The notes under the pieces: model-generated
The model's database searches: none
What the model saw: only the letters and a program-made list of their open reading frames with translations
Told to the model about the DNA's origin: nothing
From: Mayamaea pseudoterrestris
Lineage: Eukaryota
DNA length: 64,000 nt
Direction: 5' to 3'
Assembly: GCA_027923505.1 (NCBI GenBank)
Contig: BROI01000025.1
Span: forward strand, 372,001 to 436,000
Shown: positions 10,446 to 22,200 of the stretch, in pieces
Position numbering within the stretch: position 1 is the first letter of the stretch
Layout of the letters: each line of letters starts with the position of its first letter
Position numbers and translations under genes: made by a program

Positions 10446-13211
10446 ATGTTACGCACTTCAATTATCTTTCTGTCTACAGCGATGCTTGTTGCTTTTGCGT
10501 CAGCTCGCGTCGGACAACATGGTAGTGACATCGAAAATCCTCCATCCATCCACAACAAACGAAGCAGCTACGAACGCACCAACAGTGGAGCTATGTATCC
10601 CTTGAAGGAGCGACGTTTGCGAGAAGCAACAGAGCACTGGACCATGGCTGACATTAAGGAAAAGTACATGCTGACCTTCAATGAAGACAGTCCCCCCAAG
10701 CCGCTTGAGCTCTTTCTCTTGCAGCTGATTGAGACCGATGGACACCTACCTAACGAGCCCTCTCTTGACACGATAACTACCGGCTTGGAAAACTTTCTCA
10801 CGGCGGAGCTTAATGCGCTCTTTGCTCCAACTCATAAGATTCAAGAGATTGAAGCAACAATAAAAGAGCAGCAGGCCATTGCCGACGGAAGCGAGCTTCT
10901 GACAAGCGTCGAGGTCACCTTCATGTATGAGCCCTCGCCCGAACAAGCCATTCTCGAACTTTGGGTCCAAAGCATTATGGCGAATCTGACCATGCTAGTA
11001 TCAAATATTACATCCCTTGCTGACGGCGATCCCGAGCTGGCCAATTTATCATCTGCCCAACGAGCGGTATATGCTCCATCCGACGGAGGAACCTCGGGCA
11101 TTGTTAGCGACAAAGACCCAGTCAGCAGGTCTCCAAATTCCGATTCCATGCCGTACATTATCGTTCCGGCCGTCCTTGCAGGCGTCTTGCTGGTGGGACT
11201 CATAGTGTTGCTCTCAGCCCAGCGCAGCAAGAAACGACGCACACAGCTCCTTTGCTTCACCGCGCAAGATCCGAACGAGCATCCAAGTCGATCGCTAGCT
11301 CGAGCTAACCTCCAAAAAGACATGAACAACACTTCCAAGGCAAACAACAGCAACAATAACACCAGTGGTCAGATCTCCGTTTTCATGGAGGATGATAGCG
11401 ACATTTTCTCAATCGAAACCGGCCTTATTGACTCGCCTGCGGCGAAGCGACGCCTCGAATCACCAACAAACAAGCGATCAAATGCCAAGATTCCAAAGTT
11501 GTACTCTGAAACCGACCTTTTCAGTGGTTTGGAGAGCGGGGTTACCAGTCCGAAAAATGGCGCAAGTGGAGCCAGCATCTTTTCCTTCTTGTCAGGTTTG
11601 ACTAATCGCAGCGAGGCGACCATTCCTGTCAGCAACACTACCACAGCGAACAGCAAGAGCGCGGCATCATCTAACGGGTACACCTTGGGCATCAGTAGCC
11701 GTCATAACGGTACCGACATGCAAAGTGGTACACCTCACTCACAGGTGGGCAGCTTGTTTGCCTTTAGCGAGGAGGGAGAGGAAGATGATGATACCGACGA
11801 AGAAGAAGACGACGACGACGACGACGAAACCTACCCGGTCCCTCCTGTCACCAGCCCCAAGACACCATATGATGAAGAAGCACAACCTGAGGTTGTTGAA
11901 GACTTTTTGATTGACACGGCCAGCATGAACTCTGAGACACACATGCGCGAGCATTACGACGATGAAGCAATGGTCAGTCCAAAGAATGGCTTTAACATTC
12001 CCAGCCCTGCATCGGCTGGACCGTCACCTCCTGTCGCTGCTCATTCAGTCGAAGCACGTTTCCCAGACACCGAAGAAGAACCAATGGAAGTTCCCAAACA
12101 AGAGTCACCGAAGAAAGGGTGGTTTAACTTCTTCGGGCCAAAGAGCTCCACCAAGGCTTCTCGACAAAATGAGCCAGCTGATGACGATTCAACGACCTCT
12201 GCGGAACTAAACGAGCAGATTGTGGAGGAAGCATCCTCCCCCATGTCGGCGGAAGTGAACGTTGCCTGGAACGACGCTGCAAATGCACAGCGCAACGCGG
12301 CTGCAGCTGCCGCTTTTGTGGACGTCGTGAAGTCAAACTACGAGTCACCCACGGAAGCTGAACAGCATAATGGACGAGGACGTCGCCATGCCAAGACCAC
12401 CAACACTGACGGGACAGAGCAGTACCAACGCGAAACCATGGAACACAATCCGGAATGGTCTATTGACGAAGGAACCATATCAACTCCGAGTGCAGGATCT
12501 CCTGAACGTCGAGAAAAAGCTGTACACAATAGCTATGGAATCTGGCAGGCTGAAACAGGCCTGTTGCCGCTTCAGAGCAAGACTCCCGTCCCAACAAGCA
12601 CGTCCAAGGCCAAGAATGAATCTAATATTTCTGGGCTTTCAAGTATCCAGCAATACAACGTCTCGGGCAATGCTTCTAGCAGCGTAAATGTTTCCAACAG
12701 CATCAATACGAGCAGTAGCTTGCCGTTTGATGCAAAGGCGAGTCCCAGCAAGCAACTGGTGGATGACCTCAAGTGGTTGGAGAAACAGTTGAAAGGACAG
12801 GTTCACAAAGTTTTGTCTCCGTCGAATGCCGATCCTGCCTGCACCGAGCCTTCCTTGAATGCTTCGGATTCAATGTCATTCACTTCAGAGTCTGAGCTAC
12901 AGCAACCAGTGTCTAGCGAGACGGAAACCTCCTCGCTATTGCCACCCCGCGAATCAATCATCTGTCGCGACTGTATTGCACCACCTGGAAAGCTCAAGAT
13001 CATCATCCACTCAACCAAGGATGGACCAGCCGTGCACACGGTCAAGGAAGGAAGCGCGCTCGAAGGTCAGATCTTTCCTGGCGACCTCATTATCAGCGTC
13101 GACAATGTTGATACTCGCTCCTACACGGCAGAACAAGTTATGAAGAACATGACGGCCAAGTCAAAGTATGAGCGAACGATTACGGTCTTGCATATTGAGC
13201 AAGACTCGTAA
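10446..13211 (+). CDS. Type I membrane protein with a C-terminal PDZ-like domain
   Basis: 921 aa. Signal peptide, RRL motif, TM YIIVPAVLAGVLLVGLIVLL, long disordered tail. C-terminus APPGKLKIIIHSTKDGPAVHTVKEGSALEGQIFPGDLIISVD is PDZ-like. Confidence 0.8.
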   Translation: MLRTSIIFLSTAMLVAFASARVGQHGSDIENPPSIHNKRSSYERTNSGAMYPLKERRLREATEHWTMADIKEKYMLTFNEDSPPKPLELFLLQLIETDGHLPNEPSLDTITTGLENFLTAELNALFAPTHKIQEIEATIKEQQAIADGSELLTSVEVTFMYEPSPEQAILELWVQSIMANLTMLVSNITSLADGDPELANLSSAQRAVYAPSDGGTSGIVSDKDPVSRSPNSDSMPYIIVPAVLAGVLLVGLIVLLSAQRSKKRRTQLLCFTAQDPNEHPSRSLARANLQKDMNNTSKANNSNNNTSGQISVFMEDDSDIFSIETGLIDSPAAKRRLESPTNKRSNAKIPKLYSETDLFSGLESGVTSPKNGASGASIFSFLSGLTNRSEATIPVSNTTTANSKSAASSNGYTLGISSRHNGTDMQSGTPHSQVGSLFAFSEEGEEDDDTDEEEDDDDDDETYPVPPVTSPKTPYDEEAQPEVVEDFLIDTASMNSETHMREHYDDEAMVSPKNGFNIPSPASAGPSPPVAAHSVEARFPDTEEEPMEVPKQESPKKGWFNFFGPKSSTKASRQNEPADDDSTTSAELNEQIVEEASSPMSAEVNVAWNDAANAQRNAAAAAAFVDVVKSNYESPTEAEQHNGRGRRHAKTTNTDGTEQYQRETMEHNPEWSIDEGTISTPSAGSPERREKAVHNSYGIWQAETGLLPLQSKTPVPTSTSKAKNESNISGLSSIQQYNVSGNASSSVNVSNSINTSSSLPFDAKASPSKQLVDDLKWLEKQLKGQVHKVLSPSNADPACTEPSLNASDSMSFTSESELQQPVSSETETSSLLPPRESIICRDCIAPPGKLKIIIHSTKDGPAVHTVKEGSALEGQIFPGDLIISVDNVDTRSYTAEQVMKNMTAKSKYERTITVLHIEQDS

Positions 13212-13525
13212 TTTGGATTGCGCTGAATAAACAAGCTGCAACTATGCGAATGTCAGTACCGGAAGTTGCTTAAAGAGGTAATCCCTTTATACAAAATATC
13301 TTGCGCTCATAAGTTAGTCACAGTATAGGAAGCAATGGTAGAGGTTGTCATAGGAGAGAGGTGACTGTATTTACTTTTACAGGTAGCTGACACCGGATTG
13401 CACTTGTCTCACTGGTTTACAGTGCGTGACAAGATCTTCCAAAAAATTCGACGAGCGTACCGGTAGACCATGAGATTCATTCCTTTCACCGTGCACATCA
13501 AAGCTGTAAGCAAATGCCTTGAAAT

Positions 13526-14365
13526 ATGTCTTCATCATTCCAGAGACTTCATCGCTACTATAAGCTGCACTGGACAGATCTTCCTCGTCGCATGGCAACG
13601 ATCTGCATTGGCGTTCCCATTCTCTGGCGTATGTTTCTCGACGACTGGTTGCGAACAGTCTTCTTTCACGGCCTACTTGCTGTCATTCTTTGGGAATGGA
13701 TGCATATTAGCAAAAGCTACAGTCTTTGGTGGAGTTTACTGTTAATTCATGTGCCAAGAGAATTGTTTCTGCCGTCACTCGTCAGCGCGGTGGCAATGTC
13801 ACAAATATTCAAACCGACCGACAAGGAGAAAGGATCTCCCTTTATGACTGGATCACTCTTGATAACGATACCCTTTTATAGCTGGATGCACGTACAAAGC
13901 TTGGGATTTGGTTATGTCGTTTCGCTACTTCTGGTGACTTGGAATGTGGATACTGGGTCGCTCATTGCTGGGCGGATGCTTGGAGCCAAAGGACAACCGC
14001 TATGGCTGACGCGCGTCTCGCCAGGCAAGTCCATTGCAGGACTCTTTGGAGGTTTGGTGGGAGGGCTTGGTACGTTTGTGTTGCTGGGCCGCTTTTGGAA
14101 GCTTATTTTGCGTTTAAACTTGGCGTCATTAGATTCTGTCAAGATCAACCTGGAGCTAGATACAATGCACGCAGTTTACATTGGGGCATCGCTGTCCGTG
14201 GCGGCATCTCTCGGCGACTTGTGGGAGTCGAGTCTAAAGCGGCAATGGGGCGTCAAGGATACTTCCAAACTGCTGCCTGGACACGGAGGGATCCTCGATC
14301 GATTCGATAGTTCGCTCGTGGCTGTCTTGCTTTACGAATTCTACATTAACCAGGGATTAGTTTGA
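13526..14365 (+). CDS. cdsA: Phosphatidate cytidylyltransferase (CDP-diacylglycerol synthase)
   Basis: Polytopic protein. SPGKS..G..GG and GDLWESSLKRQWGVKDTSKLLPGHGGILDRFDS are the CTP_transf_1 signature. Confidence 0.93.
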   Translation: MSSSFQRLHRYYKLHWTDLPRRMATICIGVPILWRMFLDDWLRTVFFHGLLAVILWEWMHISKSYSLWWSLLLIHVPRELFLPSLVSAVAMSQIFKPTDKEKGSPFMTGSLLITIPFYSWMHVQSLGFGYVVSLLLVTWNVDTGSLIAGRMLGAKGQPLWLTRVSPGKSIAGLFGGLVGGLGTFVLLGRFWKLILRLNLASLDSVKINLELDTMHAVYIGASLSVAASLGDLWESSLKRQWGVKDTSKLLPGHGGILDRFDSSLVAVLLYEFYINQGLV

Positions 14366-14481
14366 TCAACAAGAAATCTTTGCAGAATCGTGAACAGTTT
14401 TACTGTTAACAGTCGGGAGCTTCATACATACAACATTAACATTGCTTCCTGGCTCTGCCTCGCTATCGCCTCCACTCTCAT

Positions 14482-15555
14482 TTACTCGTCCTCCGCGACG
14501 CCAAACAAGCATGGCGGAGCATTAAAGACGTGCGCAGGCGGCAAACTTTCCTCCTTACTTAGCTCTTCGGCCGGAACGTCGTTTCGTTCAAAAATGCAAA
14601 TATGCATTTCGCAATGCACACTCTGCATAAACTTGTGCAGTGTTGGAAAACAAATTTGGTCCGGAATCGCAGGATCACCGCAATAGTGCACATCCTTGAA
14701 CACTTGCGGCAGAAAATGGTTGCGAAAGGCAACTGCGTCGGCTTCTGCAATGGGCTGAATATCTTCCACCACAAGCAAACCACCCGGCGCCAAACGGGGA
14801 AACCAGAAAAACACCGTCTTGGCCATGTGTTCGGAAATGTGCGCGCCATCATCGATGACAAGTTTGAGTGGAGGAGCGCTAGGACTGCGCATGTCGCTCC
14901 AAACGCGTACAAGTGTGTCGTAATCGTTCGCGTCACCGCAGTGCAGTCGGTTCGAATCAATGAGCTGTTGATACTCGGCGTGCTCAGCGGCAAAGTTACC
15001 ATACGGCCACTTGCCCTCACTCTGTGGCCCTCCGGGAAGACACGAGATCTCCAATGAGTGAGCTTCCGCCCTCGGCATGAATTTTCGAAAAGCGTCAAAG
15101 CCTCGTCCATTGAAGAAGCCTATCTCAAGCATTTGAAAGGGCTCAGCATTGTCTCCAGCAAACAAGGGACCAAGCCTCGCATTGTACATTGTATGATAGA
15201 AATGACTTGCTCCAGTTCGACACTTTGGTTCAGCTAGTTGCGGTTGGGGACAGTCCTCTAAATTCTTTAAACAATGCGGCAAGGTATAGGGACCTTCCAC
15301 CTTGTCCGTGCCCGTCGAAAGACCGATTGCTTCAAAGTCGTACAACCGCCGCGACGACGATGCAACGAAAGTGTTGGAAGACGAATCTTGGTTTTTTCTT
15401 GCTGCCAATGGTACACCGTCCAACAGCAGTAAAGATCGCTGCTGGATCGTCGTGACTGCAACAGTCAAGAGAATCACTAAGACAATACATGGTATTGCAC
15501 GGCCACCGCTGCTGACAATTCCTTTGTTGCTGTATATTCGCTGCGTTCTTGCCAT
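14482..15555 (-). CDS. Type II membrane class I SAM-dependent methyltransferase (sugar O-methyltransferase-like)
   Basis: Signal anchor CIVLVILLTVAVTTI. Motifs GTDK, MLEIGF, VIDDGAH and LAPGGLLVVED, as in MycE/TylE-like sugar O-methyltransferases. Confidence 0.75.
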   Translation of the reverse strand: MARTQRIYSNKGIVSSGGRAIPCIVLVILLTVAVTTIQQRSLLLLDGVPLAARKNQDSSSNTFVASSSRRLYDFEAIGLSTGTDKVEGPYTLPHCLKNLEDCPQPQLAEPKCRTGASHFYHTMYNARLGPLFAGDNAEPFQMLEIGFFNGRGFDAFRKFMPRAEAHSLEISCLPGGPQSEGKWPYGNFAAEHAEYQQLIDSNRLHCGDANDYDTLVRVWSDMRSPSAPPLKLVIDDGAHISEHMAKTVFFWFPRLAPGGLLVVEDIQPIAEADAVAFRNHFLPQVFKDVHYCGDPAIPDQICFPTLHKFMQSVHCEMHICIFERNDVPAEELSKEESLPPAHVFNAPPCLFGVAEDE

Positions 15556-15978
15556 TGCTACGCAGTTTGAAGAATGAAGAATACGGTGATAGTTGACTGT
15601 CTCATCAGTGAAAATGCAAAGCGAAGCGGGTCAAAAAAGTGACGTCGGGAGAAGGCGATCCGAACGCCGAGCGGCCGAACGCGCCGATGACAAAGCGCGG
15701 CAAAATTGAAAGTCCCGCGCCGGACGTCGGCCCGTCCATCAAGCTCTTGTATAGTTAATGCGCTGTACGAAATGCAGTTTTCTGAAAGTCTTGTATTGCA
15801 TCAACTATGGGACCGGCATCAAGTCAGTGCGATGTATAAGTACTGTACTCCCGGGCATGCTTTACCTCATGGAGTACACCGAGTAAGACTTAGTACTGCT
15901 TACTAACTTAACTACCAGTATTTTTCTTTACATATACTTACGTTTTACTGTGTTAAAATTTCATTGCATGGGTTTAAA

Positions 15979-17886
15979 TTACTCAACAGCGACTGGTGCT
16001 TGGTTAGTGACTTCCTCTGCCGCAGGCTCGGGTCCCATTTCTTCCTCATTTTCAGACGCATGTGACAGGTTGGACATGGCCTTGCTTGCAACAGCAACGA
16101 CTTCGTCTACTTCCACTGGAACATTGGATGCTTGCTCTTTGACGACATGGCTGTTGCTCTTCTTAGCCAGGATCGATCTTAGAGAGAAGCGAGAAGCCTT
16201 GGACTGCTTGGACGCGACAGTTGGTTGGTCAACCACAACAATTACATCCTGAGCAACTTGGTCTGGTTGTTCATCGTCTCGCCCTTCAACTTCCTCGTCA
16301 TCGACTTGGCGATCTTCCGTATCTTCACGTTCTCCAGCTTCGTCTACCGGTACATCAGCGAAATCCGCAACACTGATATGAGCAATTGATTCCTCTCGGA
16401 CGAGTGCCTCTTCTTCCTGAGGTGCCATCTCGGCCTCGAGACTTGCCTTGGCTTCAAGTTCTTCCATTGTTACCTCTTCAGTTGGAACATTGTCGTAGTC
16501 CTTGATCTCGCAGTGACCGCATTGGCGCATGTAACCACTAAAGTCCTTGAGTAGAACTTCGAATCCACGTTCGATGCGTTCTGTGTGCGACATGAATCGA
16601 ACCATTCCAGGTATTTCCTGCAAATTTTCCATGTCATTTTCAGTTGCAACCTCGTCTGGGACGGCGCTCTTTCGTGAAAAGCGAGACATGGCAGCGGAAA
16701 TGATGCTCGCTCTTGAGCGCTTGCTCCTCTTGGATCCATCACTGAGAGCTGTTGCAACAGCCGGAATGGTGGCTGCTTCCTCGGCTTCGGCTTCAACTTC
16801 AGCTTCCTCCTCTTGAAGGGTCTCTTCCACGACCTCCTCTGTCTCTACTTCCTCATCCTCAATCTGAGCGACTTCTTTTTCTTCTTCGTCGTCTACTACT
16901 ATTTCGTCCACTTCACTAGGAACAGCGACGACTGGGGCATCAATCTTTTCCTCGTCGACGTTCACGACGGCGAGTGCCGCCGCACCACCTCCAACGGCTG
17001 CAGCAGTTCCGACAACAGCACCAGTGGTTGCACTGGTCGACTTGCATGCGGCGCACCAACCAAAAAGTCCCTTGATAATAGTTGGCGTTTCAGTCGCTTC
17101 CGCAGAAGCGGCCTTGGCGACATTTTCAACAACCTTCTCATCGTCAACCGCAGCCTCCTTGTCGACGAGCGATGGCGAGTCTTCCTTGGTTTCACTTTCC
17201 TTATTTTCTGCCTCGTCGACATCGTTCTCTTCGATAAGAGTCAATCCCTTGACGCCGGCAGCCGCCTCTTCCTTGCGCGTTGCGATATCCTCGATGGTGC
17301 TCTCCTGCCCAAGCGTTGACGAAGTGGCACCAGAGGCTCGACTACTGTCGTCGTCATCGTCTTCAAACTCTTCTTCCATTGGGCGAGCGCCACCTCCCAA
17401 CATGCAAACATTGGAGAGAGTCTTGCCAATGGAGTCAAAAAAGTCAGTGGCCGCGTTTTTCGACTTGGGTGACTTGAGTAGCGCATGCGGAGTCACGGGA
17501 GGCGTCATAATGTCATCCGGATCATACTCTACAGGTTCCGGCAGCGTCGTAGTGGTGATTTCCTTGGGAGGAACGGTGCCTTCAGGGTCACGCGGCTCGG
17601 CTGAAAGATTGACCAAGTTGCGACTGGCAGGAGCATCGGGCTTTGAGCCGGTGGTGCTTGCGACCGGCTGAATCTCTTCGGGGTCTCGAGACTCCATTGT
17701 TTTGATACCATCAGGCTCAAGACTCTTCTGACTTTCAATCGAGTCGTTGCGCGCAATCAATCTTCCGTCGTCGACCGACGCGTCTTCAACCATAATAATC
17801 GGTGCCTTGATGTTGCTGCCAGTCGTGACAGCTTCCTCAACTGTAGCCGACGCCTTCTTTTTTCCAAGCTTATTGAGAAAGCCCAT
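15979..17886 (-). CDS. Hypothetical acidic (Glu/Ala/Val-rich) disordered protein
   Basis: 635-aa ORF. The MGFLNKLGKKK N-terminus may be myristoylated and polybasic. No recognisable domain. Confidence 0.75.
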   Translation of the reverse strand: MGFLNKLGKKKASATVEEAVTTGSNIKAPIIMVEDASVDDGRLIARNDSIESQKSLEPDGIKTMESRDPEEIQPVASTTGSKPDAPASRNLVNLSAEPRDPEGTVPPKEITTTTLPEPVEYDPDDIMTPPVTPHALLKSPKSKNAATDFFDSIGKTLSNVCMLGGGARPMEEEFEDDDDDSSRASGATSSTLGQESTIEDIATRKEEAAAGVKGLTLIEENDVDEAENKESETKEDSPSLVDKEAAVDDEKVVENVAKAASAEATETPTIIKGLFGWCAACKSTSATTGAVVGTAAAVGGGAAALAVVNVDEEKIDAPVVAVPSEVDEIVVDDEEEKEVAQIEDEEVETEEVVEETLQEEEAEVEAEAEEAATIPAVATALSDGSKRSKRSRASIISAAMSRFSRKSAVPDEVATENDMENLQEIPGMVRFMSHTERIERGFEVLLKDFSGYMRQCGHCEIKDYDNVPTEEVTMEELEAKASLEAEMAPQEEEALVREESIAHISVADFADVPVDEAGEREDTEDRQVDDEEVEGRDDEQPDQVAQDVIVVVDQPTVASKQSKASRFSLRSILAKKSNSHVVKEQASNVPVEVDEVVAVASKAMSNLSHASENEEEMGPEPAAEEVTNQAPVAVE

Positions 17887-18288
17887 TGTTGCTGCTCTTG
17901 TTGTTTACTTGTCGTTGCCGCTCGTTGCAACAGAAACTGAAGAGAGTAAGTGAACGTTGTGTACTTCCAACGCGGTGCGTTTCTCGCCGACCCATCGCTC
18001 TTCCAGAAATCGCGAGCTCGGCCGGCTCGCGAGTCGCCGATCCACAGCCTGGCGTCATTGTAACCATGATTGGCACGCCCAGCGTGTTATGTGTGTACCT
18101 GTATTACTTAAGAGAGTGAAAAATACATAGGCACTTAACGGCTCCAAACACGCTTCAGTTGCGAAATTCGTGCGTTGAAAGATCAATTCAATGAGCAGCA
18201 TCATCGCCTCACATCATTCGTTGTTGCTGTTCCGTTCAACCATCACAACTCGACCTTGCTACACCCGGACGGTTTTGTTACGATTACA

Positions 18289-19083
18289 ATGAAACAGGAA
18301 ACGAGAACATTTGGTAGCTTCTGGTCCTGCGGCTCGTTGTTACCAGAAGATGAGGTCAATACTCTCACTGGTTTCCTGACATGCAAAGCCCCCGACGCAC
18401 CCCCCGCAGCTGCTGCGACGACAGTAACTGCCAAGCAATGCAGTGCCACTAACCAAGATCCAGTCACCAGTAACACAACTGATGCTAGCAGCCGGCCATA
18501 TCAACGAACTAGCTCGCCAGCCCGGCCATGGGCGATGCAGGTAGGAAGCAGCGATGCTCCGATCGACATGAGAGACGCCGCGTCAACAGTTGCAACGCCA
18601 ATTGAACCAAAGCGACCAGCTCGGGAAGTGAAAAAAACAACGATGCTACGAGAACTGCGACAGCAGCGAGAAGCTACACCCACGCGAGTGGAACGTCCAA
18701 AAACAGCGACGCCGCCAGTATCAGATGACAATAGCATCACCGAAAAAGCCGCACCACATTTTCCTGGGCCAGAAGTTGCCTACCGACATCGGCGAACACC
18801 GGAACCCGAGCAGCGCAGAGTTCACAACATGCGTTTGTCGCCAGAAGGCCGAATCAAATCGACATTGGCGTCAAGCAAGAATCAAGGCACGGGAATTGAG
18901 CTGCGCAAGGTGTTTGAAAACGAAGAGTTTGTCACCTTTCGCAAGGTTGCGTACTCGGGCAAGACGAATATACCATTTTCTATGCATGACAGCGAATTAG
19001 AACCTGACTCTGACGATAGCCAGAGTCGAAAGAGTTCGTCGCATCAAGTGCTTGTTGTCACAAAGAAGCGATATCCGAGGTAG
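18289..19083 (+). CDS. Hypothetical protein (about 264 aa)
   Basis: Open frame; the first in-frame ATG is at 18289 (the track starts at a TTG at 18175). AT-rich sequence follows the stop. Confidence 0.6.
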   Translation: MKQETRTFGSFWSCGSLLPEDEVNTLTGFLTCKAPDAPPAAAATTVTAKQCSATNQDPVTSNTTDASSRPYQRTSSPARPWAMQVGSSDAPIDMRDAASTVATPIEPKRPAREVKKTTMLRELRQQREATPTRVERPKTATPPVSDDNSITEKAAPHFPGPEVAYRHRRTPEPEQRRVHNMRLSPEGRIKSTLASSKNQGTGIELRKVFENEEFVTFRKVAYSGKTNIPFSMHDSELEPDSDDSQSRKSSSHQVLVVTKKRYPR

Positions 19084-19292
19084 CCATGTACATATGAACA
19101 TAGTATGAAGGTACCGGTATTGTAGGAGCACATGCAGAGTATTCCGCATGTAAAGAGTAGCAAGCCTTGAATTTTATATTTATATATTTCAAACGGTACG
19201 ATATTAATGAAAGGTCGGTGCTTACGCTCTGTACATTTTAATCTACCGTTTTACATTCCTAAACCATTCGTTATCAATAATTCCGCCGAAGA

Positions 19293-22200
19293 TTAGTATG
19301 CTTGAGAGTCGCCTAGTGTTGACATTGGATCGAGCGGATTTTCCCATACCGTGTGCGTTCGATCCAAAGTAAAGTAATAGTACGCGCCGCTTTTTGGATC
19401 CAGTGCCTTGGCCCAGCCTATTTCAAACAAATCTTCATCGGATGGAACAACGGACTCATAGCTGCTGCAGCTGTCAGATTGCGACAAGGATAAATCACTT
19501 TCCAGACTCGCTTCAGCGTCTGGTCGTCTGCTGACCGGCGTATCCGGCGGGCCACGAAGTTGTTGTTGAGCCGGGTGTTGAAATGGTTGTCGCAGAGATG
19601 ACACGCTGGAGAATACGGATCCACTTTCCACTGTCGCCAGGTTTTGGCCGAACAACATGGATGATTCGTCCATCGTTGTCGTCAAAAAGGCCGATGATCC
19701 GTCGGTAGAGTAGTCAAGAGACAAAGGATTACTCAAGTTATTGCCCATTTGCGGCGTGTGTCGCCGAACCAATGGAGACGTGACTGGGTCCATCGCGTAC
19801 CTGCTTGATCGCGTCGTGAATGTAGACGAGGCATTCGGACTTGACGATACGCCGTGATTCTTGGGAGTTGCATTTTGCGCAAAAGATCTTTCTTGAGAAT
19901 CTGACCGCTGACTCCTTCCGTGCTCAAGGAAGACGGACTCACTAAAGTGGCGTGGCGTCTTACTCTGCAGCGACTCACCAGGAGGGTCTGAACCTGAGCT
20001 AGGAGACCCTCGAGGTCTCGACATGACAACCAAGTCAGAAGACAGCCGAGGCACGGTCGCTGTGTTAACAGTTGTCATTCCAGATTCAACTGCAGAGTCA
20101 ACTGAGAACCTCGTTGCATTTTTGACGCTGCTTCCAAAACTGCTCGCTGTTTTTGATGGGCTTAACCCAACAACTCCCGCATTTGAGCGATCATGCCTCG
20201 AATCCATCAGAAATCTCTCGTCGTTTACGTCGTCGCCGTCCCCATCCCCATCCTCGTCCTCCTCGAGTCCTTCAAACAGCTCATCTTCGGTTTCTTCTCT
20301 TATGCTCTTCATGGCCGCCACTGCTGCTTGTTGGTAATCTGAAGCTGATATTTTGACGGGCGCAGCGGGTGCTACCGAGACACTAAGCGATTGCGCTTGA
20401 CTCTTTTGAAATGCTGGTACGCGCTGTTGCTCGTGTGGCGTGTCTGGCTTGATCGGAGTGCTCGTACTCGTATTCGTTTTGTAGCTAACATTGTTTGTTA
20501 CTTCGCGCGCCATAAATCCACTTGAGCTCGGATCGCTGCACCCACACGCCACCGCCAAGAGCATAGTGGGCGTCACCAGTTTTGGAATAGGTACACTCGT
20601 CCAATCACGCGCTTTCTTGTCCCAGCTCTTGTTTAAAACGTTCAACAAGAGCGACCTGGTCATGCGCGTCGTATACGGGGGATCAAAATTGGGCGCAAAA
20701 TAATTGGTTGGTGTTCCGTTGCGAAACAGATACAGCCCATGCGGGTATGCCACTTCGTCCGCCGTCGCGCCGCCTTGCAAAAATGATAGTTCCGGATCGA
20801 GATACTTTGGGCCGCGCTGTTTCCACTCCTCCAATATCTTTTCCGCCTTGCTAAAGTATCGATTCATGTGTTTGACAGTCTTCCATCTTACTTGCTGCGC
20901 CAATGTGATGCTAAAGGGTCGCTCCATCCATTGCGCACCAAGATTAATGAAATACTCGTACAGTTGATTGTGCATAAATTCAAGCGACCAATTTGGCCAA
21001 TCGTCAGGGACAGAGTCGTCTTCGGTGCGGTCGCAGTCGAAGCGCACGACAAGACTAGGCGGAGACGCGCCTTGGACCGACAACGCTTCAGGTAGTACAG
21101 CCATGTGCGGAATGAAAATGTCTCCCGAAGCAAGGGCTTGAATGACCTTCGAGACGGCTGCTTCATTGGGACAGTCAATATGGATAATGGGAATGTGGAC
21201 TTGATCAATGGTTGGAACCTTGGCTGCCGAAGGTGTTGTTGGTGATGCTGGCTTGTTGGGCGGCGACGCATTCAAATCTTTGTTTTCATCGCTTAAAGCG
21301 GTTGATGATCCTCCTTGCTCTCCTCCACCCGCCCTCCATCCATGCTTGTCAGTCGAACTAACATACTTGTAGCTGCGATCTTGTAACTCGTTGAAATCAA
21401 AGGCAGTTTGTCGCGTCACCGTCTCCGAATGTCCAACGGCGCTTTGCCGACTCAAGCACAAACCAATAGTCACGGAATGCGGTCCACGTGGAACCGACTG
21501 TTCCATTCCATCGCGCCCTTGATGCTGCGCACTCATCATCATGTGCGAACTTGCACCATCCCGTAAACTTCGAACGTGACTTCGAGGCGAGCTCGTTTGT
21601 AGTGTTGTTCCGCTTGACTTGTAGCCTCCATTGACACTCCCACTGCCACCAGCGTTTGACGCACTTGACCGACCTGGCGTCGCTGCACACTGCATGAGCA
21701 AGGGACCCGCTCCACTAACACCATTTCCTCCATTGGCAATGGCTTCATCTCCAGTACAGGCATACGCCATGCTACGTAACACACTTGGCGGACCAACTCC
21801 TCCAGGAGCGCCAACGGCTCGATGCACATGTTGCGTCGACTCGGATGCCAACCGCGCCGCCTTTTGTGCTTTTAGCAGTCGGTACTCGCGATCCGCCATT
21901 TGCGCTGGACGCATCGTTTTTGGATTATCCGTCACTTCGGAAACGAGGGCGCGCGCAAAGAGTGCCGAAACGGGTGGTTGCTTTTTTGTTTTCTGGCGGT
22001 GCTGCTGCTTCTTGGCGTGACAATCTTCGTCCCAGTCGGCGGCGTCGTTGGCCGCAATGGAAGCGTCGTCTTTTTCGTCAAAATCATAGTAATCGTCATC
22101 CTCTTCTTCATCTTCTTCGTCGTCGTCATCGTCCAAAAACCCTTCAAAGTGCGACCGCGTCGGAGAGGAAATGCACATAACGTCCGCTTTGTGCAGCATC

